From: Octopus sinensis
Lineage: Eukaryota
Reading direction: 5' to 3'
Length of the DNA: 64,000 nucleotides
Assembly: GCF_006345805.1 (NCBI RefSeq)
Contig: NC_043003.1
Span: 77,934,001 to 77,998,000 of the forward strand
The translations under genes were made by a program, and so were the position numbers. The notes beneath the pieces were generated by a model, which saw nothing but the letters and a program-made list of their open reading frames with translations, was not told the origin of the DNA and made no database searches. This document shows positions 22,915-35,100 of the stretch, piece by piece; position 1 is the first letter of the stretch, and the number at the start of each line of letters is the position of its first letter.

Positions 22915-23426
22915 GTGTGTGTGTGTGTATATATGTTTGTGTGTCTGTGTTTGTCCCCCCCCCCACATCATCGCTTGACAACCGATGCTGGTGTGTTTAC
23001 GTCCTCGTAACTTAGCGGTTCGGCAAAAGAGACTGATAGAATACAAGGCTTACAAGGACTAAGTCCTGGGGTCGATTTTCTCGACTAAGGCGGTGCTCCA
23101 GCATGGCCACAGTCACATGACTGAAACAAGCAAAAGAGTTGGGCATACATGCTTATATACATGCTTATTGCAGTCGTCGATTTGTAGTTTGTTTACATAT
23201 CCATTCTCTTTTACTGCATCATGCAGTTTGATATTATCTATTTTGGTGCCTTTGCATATTTTGTGCTATTTTTCAGTGTTGGCTTGCTGTTTCGAATTAC
23301 AGCACATTTTCTTTCATACCAAAGGTTTGAAAATTTCTGAAGATCATAACTGTCTGACATTTTTGAAATGAGGAAAATTTTGAAATAAAATATTATGTAA
23401 AAAAAAAACATATAAATGCACAGGGC

Positions 23427-23666
23427 GGAGGTAAGAGACATGGACCACCCCTTTTCGTTTTTTTTTTTTTTTGCAGAAACCCTCTTTTTCAACTATGGAG
23501 ATTCCGAATTTGCAAAAGAAAAAAATCGGCAATTCAAAATGGGGGGAAGGTTAAAATTCTGAAATGCCGATTTTTTGGCAGATTTGGAATCTACGCAGTC
23601 GAAAAGATAGGTTTCTGTAAGAAAAAAAACCCCTGAAAGTGGAGGCGGTCCATGTCCTTTACCTCC
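23427..23666. mobile_element. Whole-length foldback element (~110-bp arms, short loop)
   Basis: ggaggtaagagacatggacc...atcggcaattcaaaat / attctgaaatgccgat...ggtccatgtcctttacctcc. Confidence 0.75.
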
Positions 23667-24172
23667 TCTCCGGTCAGAAAGTTTGTTTGTTATGTATTTA
23701 AAGCATGCTATATTTGAGTACGTGAAAGTAATAGGTTCTTTTCAATCTGACGGCTGAAAAGATCCAAGTAATATTCTAATCATAACAAACTAGTTAATAA
23801 TCAGTGCGTGTAAGTGTGTAAACTTTAAGAGAGAGTCACTATACAATATGTTGTACAATGGGAAGAAGTGGAGACTCAAGGGATCCCCCGGCAGCACATT
23901 CTAGCTACGCCCCTAGTAGCATCGTAGGAAACAACTCATTTCTATTATTAAAAAAAACTACATGCAAAGGGGATTACAAATTAAACAAAAATGAATTTTC
24001 CTCGTGTAAATTTTCAAACTATTTTATGTCCCTAAAGCGATAGGTTTAATGTTGAAAATGATAGAGATCGAAATAACGGAGACTGGATTGGGATTAAGTC
24101 AAATTTACAATTTCATAAGTAATGTGTTGACTCAGAAACATAAAGAATAAAATAGGCAAATTTTATTCTTTA

Positions 24173-24568
24173 CTGGCAGTATCGCCCGGCGTTGCTCGGG
24201 TTTGTAAGGGAAATAACTATATAAGCATTTTTAGAGAGTTATAGCCAAAAAATAGCAAAAAAATGCATTAAAAATGGGGAAAAAATTATGGTAAATTTTT
24301 TTAAAAATCGTTGAATCATCGTAGACATTTTTAGAGAGTTACTTCCCTTATATAATAGCGAAAAATGCATTAAAATGGGAAAAAATGACGGTAATTTTTT
24401 TTTTAATCGTAGACTCATCGTAGACGCGCGCTAATACCCAGAAGGGCTCGATATGAATCACGACTATAAGATACCCGGTTTTGGTTAAACTGCACCGCAA
24501 AATGTGGGAGTAGTTAGGAATCTAAATCATAGGAGACAGACACACAACTTCACTTTTATATATAAAGA
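24173..24568 (-). mobile_element. Non-autonomous Helitron, copy a
   Basis: 5' TC at 24568-24567; 3' hairpin cccgagcaacgccggg followed by CCAG (degenerate CTAG). Confidence 0.8.
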
Positions 24569-25085
24569 CTAGCAGTATCGCCCGGCGTTGCTCGGGTTTG
24601 TAAGGGAAATAACTATATAAGCATTTTTAGAGAGTTACTTCCTTTATAGATGCCAATTCGGGCTTTCTTAGCCATTTCTGTTTTGGTGTCTTCAAGCCAT
24701 GAAGTCGTTGTTCTAAAAGAACGCTGGTCTCCTTGACAACGCTTTACGACGTTGATTTCCTTAAACTCCCTTCCCCACAGCTTCACGAGGGAGGGAAGAA
24801 GGGGGAGAAGCAAACACAGGTGCAGGTGTTTGAGCGTGGACGCCAACTCCGCCGCCATCGACACACGAAAAATTATGCATTAAAATGGAATAAAAAAATG
24901 ATGTTAAATTATTTTTAAAATCGTAGACTCATCGTAGACGCGCGCTAATAGCCAGACGGGCTCGATATGAATCACGACTATAAGATACCCGGTTTTGGTT
25001 AAACTGTACCGCAAAATGTGGAAGAGTTAGGAATCTAAATCGTAGGAGACAGACACTCACACAACTACAGTTTTATATATATAGA
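24569..25085 (-). mobile_element. Non-autonomous Helitron, copy b, head-to-tail with copy a; carries a ~220-bp internal insert
   Basis: 5' A|TC at 25086/25085, 3' hairpin plus CTAG at 24572-24569 fused directly to the TC of copy a. Confidence 0.85.
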
Positions 25086-25384
25086 TATATATATATGAAT
25101 TTAAAAACAAACGGGATCATCACGGCTGGAACGCCTTTGATCAGATCAATCAGTGCTGAAACCAGAATTAAACATCAAATAACAATAACTAATATAGTAA
25201 GTTTAAACAGCGGTTAATTAAGGTTATCCATGTATAAAAAAACACAGAAGTCCTTTTAAGAATAATTAAAACCCAAAAATCGACAGTTAGTCAATGAAAG
25301 ACCCTGCCCTCAGTGTGTGTGTATTCAAAAACGCTTCCTGGGGTACTTTTCCGCAGATTTTATTTAACATATGCTTTTACTTAC

Positions 25385-25442
25385 CTCACTGCAAACAACT
25401 CGAGCAAACTTGTGCAAACAAGTAATTTCACTTGCTTCTTCC
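25385..25442 (-). other. Candidate non-coding first exon of GST2
   Basis: Paralogue of 9655-9712 with the same AG|GTAAGT donor. Confidence 0.5.
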
Positions 25443-26589
25443 CGCTGTCTGTTCAATGCAAGCAGGTATGTAGTTTACAGTTGGAGTATGCGTCAATATA
25501 CACCCAGAAAATACGTTTTGTAATAAATACATGACCTTCAATGTGTGTGTGTGTGTGTGTGTTTGTGTGTGTGTGTATATGCGTGCGTGCTTGCATGTGC
25601 ATATATGTGTGTGTTTAAATTCCTCTCTCTCTCTCTCTCCCACTCTCTCTGTCGAAAAGAAGTCGGCTGTAGTAGTATCAAGAGAGGTATGGGTTCCGCC
25701 AGATCTAAACCTACTCGTGACACTGTCACCAAAGAAGCAAGGCAAGTTCAATGATCTGTGTGTATGGTGGTGGTGGTGGTGGGGGGGGACCTACCTATAC
25801 AAATGTGCCGAACTCCGACTTTGTTTGATTCCTCATAACTTTCAGAAAAAATGTAAATTATTTAATGAAAGTTTCTACAAATACGCTTCAGATGAGTAGA
25901 TCCTGATTGCATAGGAATTTTTAGGATGGGCTTTGCTGCCCTAAAATGGGTACTTTTTTAATGAAATTTTCTACAAATTTTCAGAGCGTGTAGATTACTA
26001 TTATATCAGAATTTGATATGAAAAAGACAAAAAAAAAAAAAAATAATTGGGCACACATATGCACATACTGACATAATTTTTTCCGAAACTTTTGTAAACA
26101 TGTAATGTGTGTCAGTACGTATGTGTACGAGTCAACCTCTTTTTTTTTTTTTCTGAAAGGTATGTGCTGAAAATTTTCATAGAAAATACTCGTTTTCCTG
26201 AAACTTATGAGGAAACAAATTTGACTCATGTGAATTTTCCGAAGCCCCTCTCCTAACTCACGGAAAACCTTTTTCTTTTCCCCAACAAATTGCGATATAA
26301 TCGGAATCTGCACCATCTGAAGCATATTTGTTGAAAATGTCTCTAAAAGATATACACGTTTCTGAAAATTACGAGGAAATATATCGGGGAGAGACAATAT
26401 TATAGGTAAGCCTATATATACAGGGTGGTGCATGAAAAAGAACCCGGTTTCGTAGCATAGTGACAATACAGAAATATATTTATACACGAAAAAGTGCTAG
26501 GCTTTTCCTTTGCATGTGTCATTGTGTTATTTCAGAACTGAATTGTCAGTCCATGACAACGTCAGAATATACAACCAAATTCTGTTCAA

Positions 26590-27099
26590 GTACGTGATGC
26601 TGATAAGGCACAAATATGACGAAACATCGATGTCTGTCGCTCTTGAATGAGATTTGGGGCGAGTTGACTCGCTTGGCTATGACTTTCAGATGTTTTATGC
26701 AGCGCTTTGAGATAATCATCCTGATCGTGCTAAATCGCAGCCTACCGGCAAAAGAGACCGGGTCGTTTATTGAGTATGTGAGGTCAATACTGTTTGCAAC
26801 ACTAGCGCTGCTCCTTTAAATCATATTTGAATTTATTCTTACGAATGCATTGCCAGGGCATACCAGCAAATGGTTTTTACACTATTTGTATATACTCATG
26901 GAATGGCACTTCCGTTCAACTCCAATTCGGTTCGGGTACGTGATGTTGATAAGCCACAAAACTGACGAAACATCGATGTCCAGCGCTCCTGAATAGGATT
27001 TGGGGTGAGTTGTCTCACCTGTCTATGACTTTCAGGTGTTTTAACACCCTCGCTTTGAAAGAGTCATCCCACCGTGTTACTTCGCAGGCTACAGGCAAA
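26590..27099. repeat. Two diverged ~163-bp direct repeats, period 346 bp
   Basis: gtacgtgatg(c/t)tgataag(g/c)cacaaa..tgacgaaacatcgatgtc...ctac(c/a)ggcaaa at 26590-26752 and 26936-27099. Confidence 0.75.
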
Positions 27100-28131
27100 T
27101 ATGCAGAGCATACGTGTAATAGATAAAGTTTACAAAATTTTCATATCTGAATAGTGATTGTTGGCGTCGACAATTACGGCTGACACGGTTGAGTGAACAC
27201 GTCTAGTGATTATCTCAAACGACCAAGGCTCTATCTCTCTCTCTCTCTCTCTCATTTTAATTTGACGAGTGATAGAGTAGGCAGGAATTGCGTGTATGTA
27301 GTCTAGTGGCTGAATGCTTGCAATTTGCATGTACATATGTAGGCATAAAATTTTTGATATTCACTTAATTCGTGCGTTAGTTCCATACAAGAAAAAGTCT
27401 TGACTGTACCCACAGTCAACTGTGTACAGTCAATGTGTCAAATGACAGAATGAGTTTGTGCGTGAGTAGTTATTGGTGAATATACTTTGTTAATGTTTAT
27501 TCAGTTTTGGTTTGTATTTTGGTACGAATATATTTTCGTTGTTCATTCGTATTTGACCTGTGGTATTGACTGAACAAAGGTAAGGTGGGGAGACTTGGAA
27601 CTTGGTGGGGAACTTTTTTGGCACATATGTCTAGGTTTCACTTAGTGAGATCTGTCAGGTACTGGATCCTCGTATTTGTTGACGATGAGTATTTAGTCTG
27701 TTTCTTCTACACTTGACAGATTAAATTCAGGTAGCCTTCAACGTTTGGGACTGACATCAGACTCGTTCACTCAACCGTATCAGCCTCAGGTTACAGAGCC
27801 AAAAAATATTGTCATGTAACATTAACGCACGGACATACTGGGGAACTTATGAAAATTTCTAAGCCTAATTACATGATCATCCTTCGCTAATCAGATTGTA
27901 TCCTAAAGAAATATTAATTTGAGTCATGTTCTCTCTATAAAAACAAGAGAATTTTCGAACTCCCGCCAGAAACAAGACAGTTGAAGCATAGCCCCACGTC
28001 TTTCTATTTCAACGTTTGAAAATGAGAAAAATCTATGAAACCGGTTAAGCCTTTAAAAATAAATCACTTAAAAGACTCCCAGGACACATTCCACTCCTTT
28101 TTTCTATTTCTACCCGTGTTGAATAAGATGT

Positions 28132-28169
<38 letters not shown>

Positions 28170-28174
<5 letters not shown>

Positions 28175-28380
28175 ATCGAAACATGAAAACAAAAAGAGAA
28201 AACACAACAACGCTAGGACGTGGAACAAATATAGTATTATTGGACGCTCAGGAAGGAAGGGAAGAAGGAGGGTTTAACGTTTCGAGCGGAGCTCTTCGTC
28301 AGAAACATAAGAAAAGGAAAGATCCAGAGAAGGGAAGACGGAGGAGAAAAAATCGCCAACGGTACACACGCGGTCACGGG
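28170..28380 (-). mobile_element. Penelope-like terminal-repeat fragment next to (TA)n
   Basis: Contains ctgacgaagagctccgctcgaaacgtt on the minus strand; a second, inverted copy lies at 37560-37790. Confidence 0.6.
28272..28306 (-). ncRNA. Candidate minimal type I hammerhead ribozyme
   Basis: GTTT-CTGACGA-A-GAGC(TCC)GCTC-GAAA-C-GTT-AAAC: both core boxes intact, helix II 4 bp, helix I 4 bp, palindromic helix III. Confidence 0.55.
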
Positions 28381-28493
28381 ACAAGAACGCAAAACATCTA
28401 GAGAGTTAGGTGATACAAAAAAGGGGACAACAAAACATCCAGACAGACTATACAAAGAGAACAAGGGTGAGTCATTCGGAGTTTTCTATCCTA

Positions 28494-28563
28494 TACATAC
28501 ATACATACATACATACATACATACATACATACATACATACATACATACATACATACATACATA
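28494..28563. repeat. (ATAC)n microsatellite
   Basis: Visible directly. Confidence 0.95.
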
Positions 28564-28885
28564 GAAACTTTACAGTTATAAAAATAGAATGAGAGAGAGG
28601 GACTCTGATATGGAGACAGACACATTAATCAAAGTGCTTTTAATTATACTTACAAGCAATAAACATGAGCTGAGTAAAAAACTTAATAAGGAAAGTAAAG
28701 TTACTAGCCACTCCTCATAAATTTACATCTTCATACGTTCATATATCCATTCACAGACACTCGAGCATATTTACGTTTATGATGCACAGGTGTGTTCAAA
28801 TGCATTTGTGCGCATCTATGAATATAGACGGATATTTAAAATGTAGATGTAGATAAATTGACATACAGTTGGGTGAAAGCCATGT

Positions 28886-28921
<36 letters not shown>

Positions 28922-29496
28922 GTGTGTGTATGTGTACGTGCGTGCGCGTGTGTGCATGCATGTGTGGGTGTGCTGATAGATTTACAAAATATACATTGAT
29001 ATATTGTTAGAAGATATTCTGAAAATTGTAACTGACATTAAAAGAAATGTTCAGATAAAGGACTAATCGACTTTATGATTGTTAATATCATCAGCCTTTA
29101 AGGTAGTTGGGGAAAAACAACTTTACTTTTAATATCTTATCACAATTGAAGGTGGCGAGCTGGCAGAGTCGTTAGCACATCGGGTAAAATGCTTAATGGG
29201 ATTTCGTCCATCTTAGCTTTCTGAATTCAAATTCCGCTGAGATTGGCTTTGTTTTTCATCTTTCCGGAGTCGATATTATAAGTATCAGCTGAACACTGTG
29301 ATCAATGTAATCGACTTGCTCCCTCAAAATTTCAGGCTTTGTGCTTGTTGTAGAAAGGAATATGAACAACTTTTAAATTTCAGATATATTTGGACAATGA
29401 AGTAGCAAAAGTGTATTTCTGAATGTCTGAAAATACACTTTTGTTGCGAGAATCTTGTTTTATAAAGGAGTTTTTAATAAATCAGTTATAGATTAA

Positions 29497-29522
29497 TAAA
29501 TAAATAAATAAATAAATAAATA

Positions 29523-29578
<56 letters not shown>

Positions 29579-29596
29579 AGAAAGAAAGAAAGAAAA
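29497..29596. repeat. (AAAT)n(AAAG)n compound microsatellite
   Basis: Visible directly. Confidence 0.95.
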
Positions 29597-30102
29597 CTCT
29601 CAAACGAACTGGCATGTAAAAATGAATTATTGTGTTTCAAATAGATTCATTGTACATCGAAAACCATGTCACTGACACAAGTCCACTGCAAATGTCGAAA
29701 ATTAATTACTGACGGGTTTTAACAAGCCTCTCTGATTTCTTTCCTTTCTGTTCTCTTTCTTTCCGACCTCACTCTTTTGGTTTTTGTTTTGTTTTTGTTT
29801 TCTCTTTTTTTTTTTGCTTACTTCTTTTCTTAGTTACTTTGATCTTTATTTTATAAAATATCATAAAACATTACATTATTTTGTAAGTAGTTCGGTTGTC
29901 TTTTTATGAGTGAATGAACCTACTTTTTGTTGAATGTGTAGTTTCACTGAATTGTTACTGTTTGAACTGTAGACTTGTGGATTTTTTTATCATTTTCAGA
30001 TTTAATTCCTCTTTGTTTTGTAATCGACGACTCATCCCCTCCACCGAAATTGCTGCCCTTGTGCCAAAATTTGAAACCATTACTATTGATATTTATGTCG
30101 AA

Positions 30103-30420
30103 CACCTGCTGTCGCGTAGGGGAACGGATCCCGCGGTCAATTGAATCTATCATTGAAGATCGCCCCGCCGCCTTCCTTTAACCGAGAAAGAAAGGCTGTG
30201 TTTATATGCCTGGTAGCCATGGCGAAAGAGGTTGTATGGTGGACGTGATTGAAGGGGCTGAAGATAAACACTTTTCTCTTCGGTCAATCCCTGATTACCT
30301 TCACTTGAAAAGGAAAATAAGGGTAGAGAGGGAAGTGCTGTCTTCTTGCCAATTTGCTGGAAGCTGGATGAAAATGGCGAGAATAGTGCGAGTGTTCGGC
30401 CTTCAGTTGGAAAAAAGGGA
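30103..30420 (+). mobile_element. Tx1/L1-like LINE ORF2 C-terminal fragment
   Basis: VEHLLSR...PPPSFNRERKAVFICLVAMAKEVVW...HLKRKIRVEREVLSS; homologous to 59150-59420. Confidence 0.75.
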
Positions 30421-30486
30421 AAGGCAAAAAAGGCACTTGTTCTAAAAGTCAAGGCACCCATGGTTTTTTATAGGTTTTACCCCAAG

Positions 30487-30530
30487 ACACCTGATGAAGG
30501 CTGGAGGGTATTTGAGCGGAAACGTTGTAT
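30487..30530 (+). ncRNA. Degenerate hammerhead-like motif in a second Penelope-like family
   Basis: ACAC-CTGATGA-A-GGCT(loop)AGCG-GAAA-C-GTT-GTAT; one mismatch in helix II and one in helix I. Confidence 0.4.
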
Positions 30531-30589
30531 TAACAACAAACAAGATGATGACAAATATCCGTCAAATGTAAATAATGTTTTTCAGCCAT

Positions 30590-31500
30590 GTTAGTAGTTG
30601 AGTGCTGAGTGCTGATAATTCCAGGTGCACCAATTACTATTAGTATCACGTCTACTCTCTTCATTGACCACAACCTTCGTATTTCCCACTTCAAATCGTC
30701 ATAGTTGTTTCTTTTTTCTTCTTTCTCTTTGATCCTGGTGTCACCGGGACATGCTAAGTTGATAATCATTCATGTTCTTTCTTTTTTCTTATTCATCATA
30801 ACAATGTCCGGTTTCCGATGTCTGGTCAGGTGATCTCACCGAATCATTGCATCCCACAGGATTTTACACTTCTCATTCTCAGTGACTCCTTCTGGGGTTT
30901 TCTCATATCGCGTCTTTGCTCTTTGTAGGCAGTGATTTCCACAGAGCTCCCAATGAATCATTCTTGCCACATTGTCATGTCCTTTTTATTTGCGTTGTAT
31001 CAATTTCGGGCATTCGCTAACGATGTGCCATACCGTTTCAACCCTCTCACTACACATTCTACATTTGTCGTTATCGGTAGTGTTGTCTATTCTGCACTTC
31101 ACATAATTAGTCCTTAACGCTTGTTCTTGAGCTGCGCATGAGTGCTTCTGTTTCTATCTTCAGGTCACCGCCTCCTCATCCATAGGAACCGGTCTTCTAC
31201 ATCTGTCTTGGCGTTCACATCTCTTGCAAACTGACCTTACATTTTTCTCCTTCTATGCAATTAATTTTTTTTTTTTGTTTATTTTTTCTTTAAATTTTTC
31301 TTTCATTACACAATTCCAAGTTTTGATGACGCCGGCCTTCTTCGTATGTTTCAACAATGGCTCCACGGCATTTTTTATATACCACCCTAAGCTGTTTTCT
31401 TCTGCTTCGATACAGTCCTGGTAACTGATGAAACCTCTCCCGCCCTTTCTTCTGGACAAGTAGAACCTATCATTATTATTTATACGCAATTGTTATTAAT
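30590..31500 (-). mobile_element. R4/Dong-clade non-LTR retrotransposon 3' fragment (decayed)
   Basis: LYLSRRKGGRG-like RT end, CCHC motif CRMCSERVETVWHIVSECP, RLE motif RKPDIV...NYDDLKWEIRRLW. Confidence 0.85.
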
Positions 31501-31599
31501 AATAGTATTTCTTGCATTTTGTTTTTACTTTTGTCATATCGACGAGTAGGGAACGTTTTCTATTTATTAATAAATTACCTTAAAATATGCTAGAAATAT

Positions 31600-32090
31600 C
31601 TTTTCTGGGATACCATGATACAAATCAAATCATCAGACGGCACATGTTTACTAAAAGAGAAAATTACTCAGAAGAATCGCCGAGTAAACAGTCCGGGCAG
31701 CTTCTTTCGTCAAAATTCAAGAAAAATGCAGCTAGAGATATTAAAGGAGTGAGGTTACCTTTCGTTCAAATATCACAAAAACATGGAACCATGATCGTGT
31801 GCGGATTGAGAGATCGTGATATCTACAAAAATGACGGAGACAAATCCGTCTGCTCCAACTGTAGAAGTATAGCACTCTTGTCCAGTGTGTGGAAACCAAT
31901 CTCTAAAGATTATAAAAAGAGTCACGACGGGGCTTCCGTAGAGCACGAGTTACAACCGATATGATCGGTTCAATGTTACTTAAAACGAAATTCATGTATC
32001 AATATCAAGTCCTATTCATCACCTTCGTGGATTCATCAAACTCTTTGACACTGCAATCAAGGAACTTCTACTGGAGGTTCACAGAAAGAG
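31600..32090 (+). mobile_element. Highly decayed RTE-type reverse transcriptase fragment
   Basis: IYKNDGDKSVCSNCRSIALLSSVWK...DMI...LFITFVD resembles the first RT domains of RTE elements. Confidence 0.55.
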
Positions 32091-34287
32091 TCTTTGTGTG
32101 TGGTGCGGGTGCAAGGAAGAGATGCATAGAACAAAAGACATTCCTAGAGTTGTTTTCTTTAGGAGTTTCTCCTTTCGCCGTATTTAGTTTCGTGTTGTCG
32201 GTCGTTAGTTAATTCTGGTTTCCTTGAATCCCAAACAAAGGTTTTTCTTCACTTACTTCAGCAGCAACTGGTACAGTCACTTTTAACTACTTCCAGTAGT
32301 TTATCAATTGTACCACTTGCACAATTAATATTCTAATATAAACACATACACATTCTACTTTTTTGTGCTGTTTTAAAAGTCGGCATAACATTTATCTTAG
32401 AAATTTATTAATGTGTTGTATTTTATTCCCTGTTCCTCATAGCTTCTCCCTCTATGACCCAATTGGATTCCTTCAATACCAAAGTTGATCATTAGGCATT
32501 ATTAACTAATGCAAGCGCTGATAGCCTGTAGTAAACGTTTAAGCCTGCCTGATACGTCCGACTGGTCATGGAATTTTTATCGTCCGTTGTTCCCATTCTA
32601 TCAGCCCGAGTGCATTTAGGTGACAGTAACTATGAGTACTGAAGATCAATGAGTACTTTAATCTAGCTCTCGGTAACCAGTGAGTAATTGATGGACTCCT
32701 CTTTGAAAAGAAAATTCACACCCTTTGAATTTTAAGGCTTTCATCTCAGAGCCCTATAGCAGACTTGTTCTAGTTTCTAAAACTTCTCTTCGAAGCCTTG
32801 ATTGCATCAAATTATAATTGCTCTTAGCTGACCTGACGAACTGATAAGTCAAAGTAGTTCTTCTCATTATTGATTAAAGGATGAATCCTATAAATATGAT
32901 TTCGTTGTATTTATACCTGTGTTGGCCATTGTACAACACGATTTTTGTCCTTGAGTAGCGAATGTTATTTCCTATTTGCTTACACCTAGAAAGTATGAAA
33001 AATAGCTAATATTTCCTTCAAATTTTGCTTTTGTTATATTTATTCAAACACCAAAGAATCCTTCTCGGCACATGGTTATGATGCTACTCACTACGCCTGC
33101 TCATGATCAGAGATGCAAATTTTGTCAGCCACTAAGGGATATGTTCCAAGTGGTTACGGTCAAACAACTGACAAGCAAATCTATGGTATTGAACAGAAAT
33201 ATTTGCTATAATGATATTTCTGCTTCAGCAACTCAACGCTGAATCTGTCTGAAACGTAATGGAAAATAGGTCAGTTTCAAAACATTGATGTCCAGGTCAC
33301 AAAAGCAACGTTTGAAGGAAATCTTTGTCATTTCCTTTGATTCCGGGATAGAAGCAAATTGGAAAGAAACACTTAATGACCAAAGACCAAAAATTTTGTA
33401 ACACAGTGTATTCGGATATTTATTTGAGGAAGCAAAAATAGAAGTGGACTTTAGTCGCTGTGATAAGTATTCTCTTGATGTCAGTTGCAGTCAAGAACTT
33501 GAAAACTACTATCGTCACCTGATTTGCCTTGATGGAATACTATTTTCATCTAGGGTGCGTTAAGGAAAAATAAATAGCCCCTACCTCCAATACCTGATCA
33601 ATACTTTAACTGACCCAGCAGAGTAAGGACTTTTTCATTTTTGTTTGTTTGCTTTTTAATCTTAATCAAAAAAAGTTGACCGCAGCGGAATTTGAACCCA
33701 GAATGCAAAGGACCAGAAGTTAGTTCTGCCAGGTATTTTGACCGACGCTCTTACAGACCAGACAACCCACCACTTATAACTTAAGGTGAAAGTTTTGTAA
33801 AGTGTCACGTGGAATATCAGATCTCAACAACCAGAAGTTTGGCAGCACATATAGAAGATAATGAATTAGTGTAGTTTATTTTTATTTTATTAAATAAATG
33901 TGACCTAATGCTAAACGTGGATACGGTAGAATAGTGATAAGTTCTAAAATATTGAGATGGCGATATAGGTTAGTTTACTGATTGAGCCATTCCACGTCAG
34001 TAACTTGTCTATCTGCAATTTTTGCCCATGATCAAATAATCTGGAAAAGGATGGAGCTTCCCCTTATTGTTCCTAAGTGACTTTTGCATCAAACTCGGAA
34101 ATTTTGTTTTTATCTCATGCACATAGACAACTTGCTCTGATGTTTTAGATGAAGACTAAACTTCTGGAAGCAATAACGGATTCTTTCGCACATCGTAGAT
34201 GTTGCTGTAAATGGGGAGGCGATCACTGCTTCCATAGCCAAACGGAACAAAATCCATAAGTACTGGGACTTGTCAGTGAACCATTTC

Positions 34288-34697
34288 TTATTTCTTTATT
34301 GCCCACTAGGGACTAAACATAGAGGTGACAAACAAGGACAGACAAAGGGATTAAGTCGATTACATCGACTCCAGTGCGTAACTGGTACTTAATTTATCCA
34401 CCTCGAAAGGCAAAGTCGACCTCGGCGCAATTTGAACTCAGAAAGTAGCGGCAGACGAAATACCTATTTCTTTACTACCCACAAGGGGCTAAACACAGAG
34501 AGGACAAACAAGGACAGACAAACGGAATAAGTCGATTACATCGACCCTAGTGTGTAACTGGTACTTATTTAATAGACTCCGAAAGGATGAAAGGCAAAGT
34601 CGACCTCGGCGGAATTTGAACTCAGAACGTAGCGGCAGACGAAATAACGCTAAGCATTTCGCCGGACGTGGTAACGTTTCTGCCAGCTCGCCGCCTT
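34288..34697 (-). mobile_element. SINE family A tandem dimer
   Basis: Two units joined at gacgaaatac|ctatttctttactacccacaagggg. Confidence 0.85.
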
Positions 34698-34704
34698 GTG
34701 AACC

Positions 34705-35075
34705 ATTTCTTTCATCCTATAGCGTTTGAGATGTTCTTGTCATCGTTAGCGGCTCGCCTTGCTGAAGTGTCAGATGATGCCAATAAGGGTGCTTGGCTGT
34801 TTCAACACCTTAGCCTCGCCAACGCCCGCGGTAATGCCGCGAGCGAGAATCTTGTTATCTACGACCAAGTGAAGCACTCAGAGTTGAACTAGTTTCTCTG
34901 TCTTTCTTCCTCTTTGTTTCGTTTTCTTTCTTCACTTATGTTTGTGTTTCCTTGGTTTTGTGTTTGCATTTTAATGTAGTTTTGTATTATATATGCATCG
35001 TGTACATACGTGTTATATAAGTAATTATTAAATTATCTAAATTTTAAAAAGATTAACGAACAATTTAAAAATATG
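34705..35075 (+). mobile_element. CRE-like RLE C-terminus plus 3' UTR
   Basis: FHPIAFEMFLSSLAARLAEVSDDANKGAWLFQHLSLANARGNAA; the UTR matches 12975-13150 and 13880-13950. Confidence 0.6.
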
Positions 35076-35100
35076 TAGTTGTTTACTGTCTATAGCATAT

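Larger units (their letters stand above)
19545..25384 (-). other. Predicted 5' UTR intron of GST2
   Basis: Acceptor at 19546-19545; donor AG|GTAAGT at 25385/25384. Confidence 0.55.

Noticed and set aside
29406-29443. 13-bp perfect hairpin resembling a terminator
   Set aside because: Eukaryotic AT-rich context, single occurrence, no associated gene.
32833-32860. ctgacgaa hammerhead-like box
   Set aside because: No GAAA box or convincing helix II follows.
32930-33620. Possible Tc1/mariner remnant
   Set aside because: Only a faint SPDL-like trace; termini not definable by eye.
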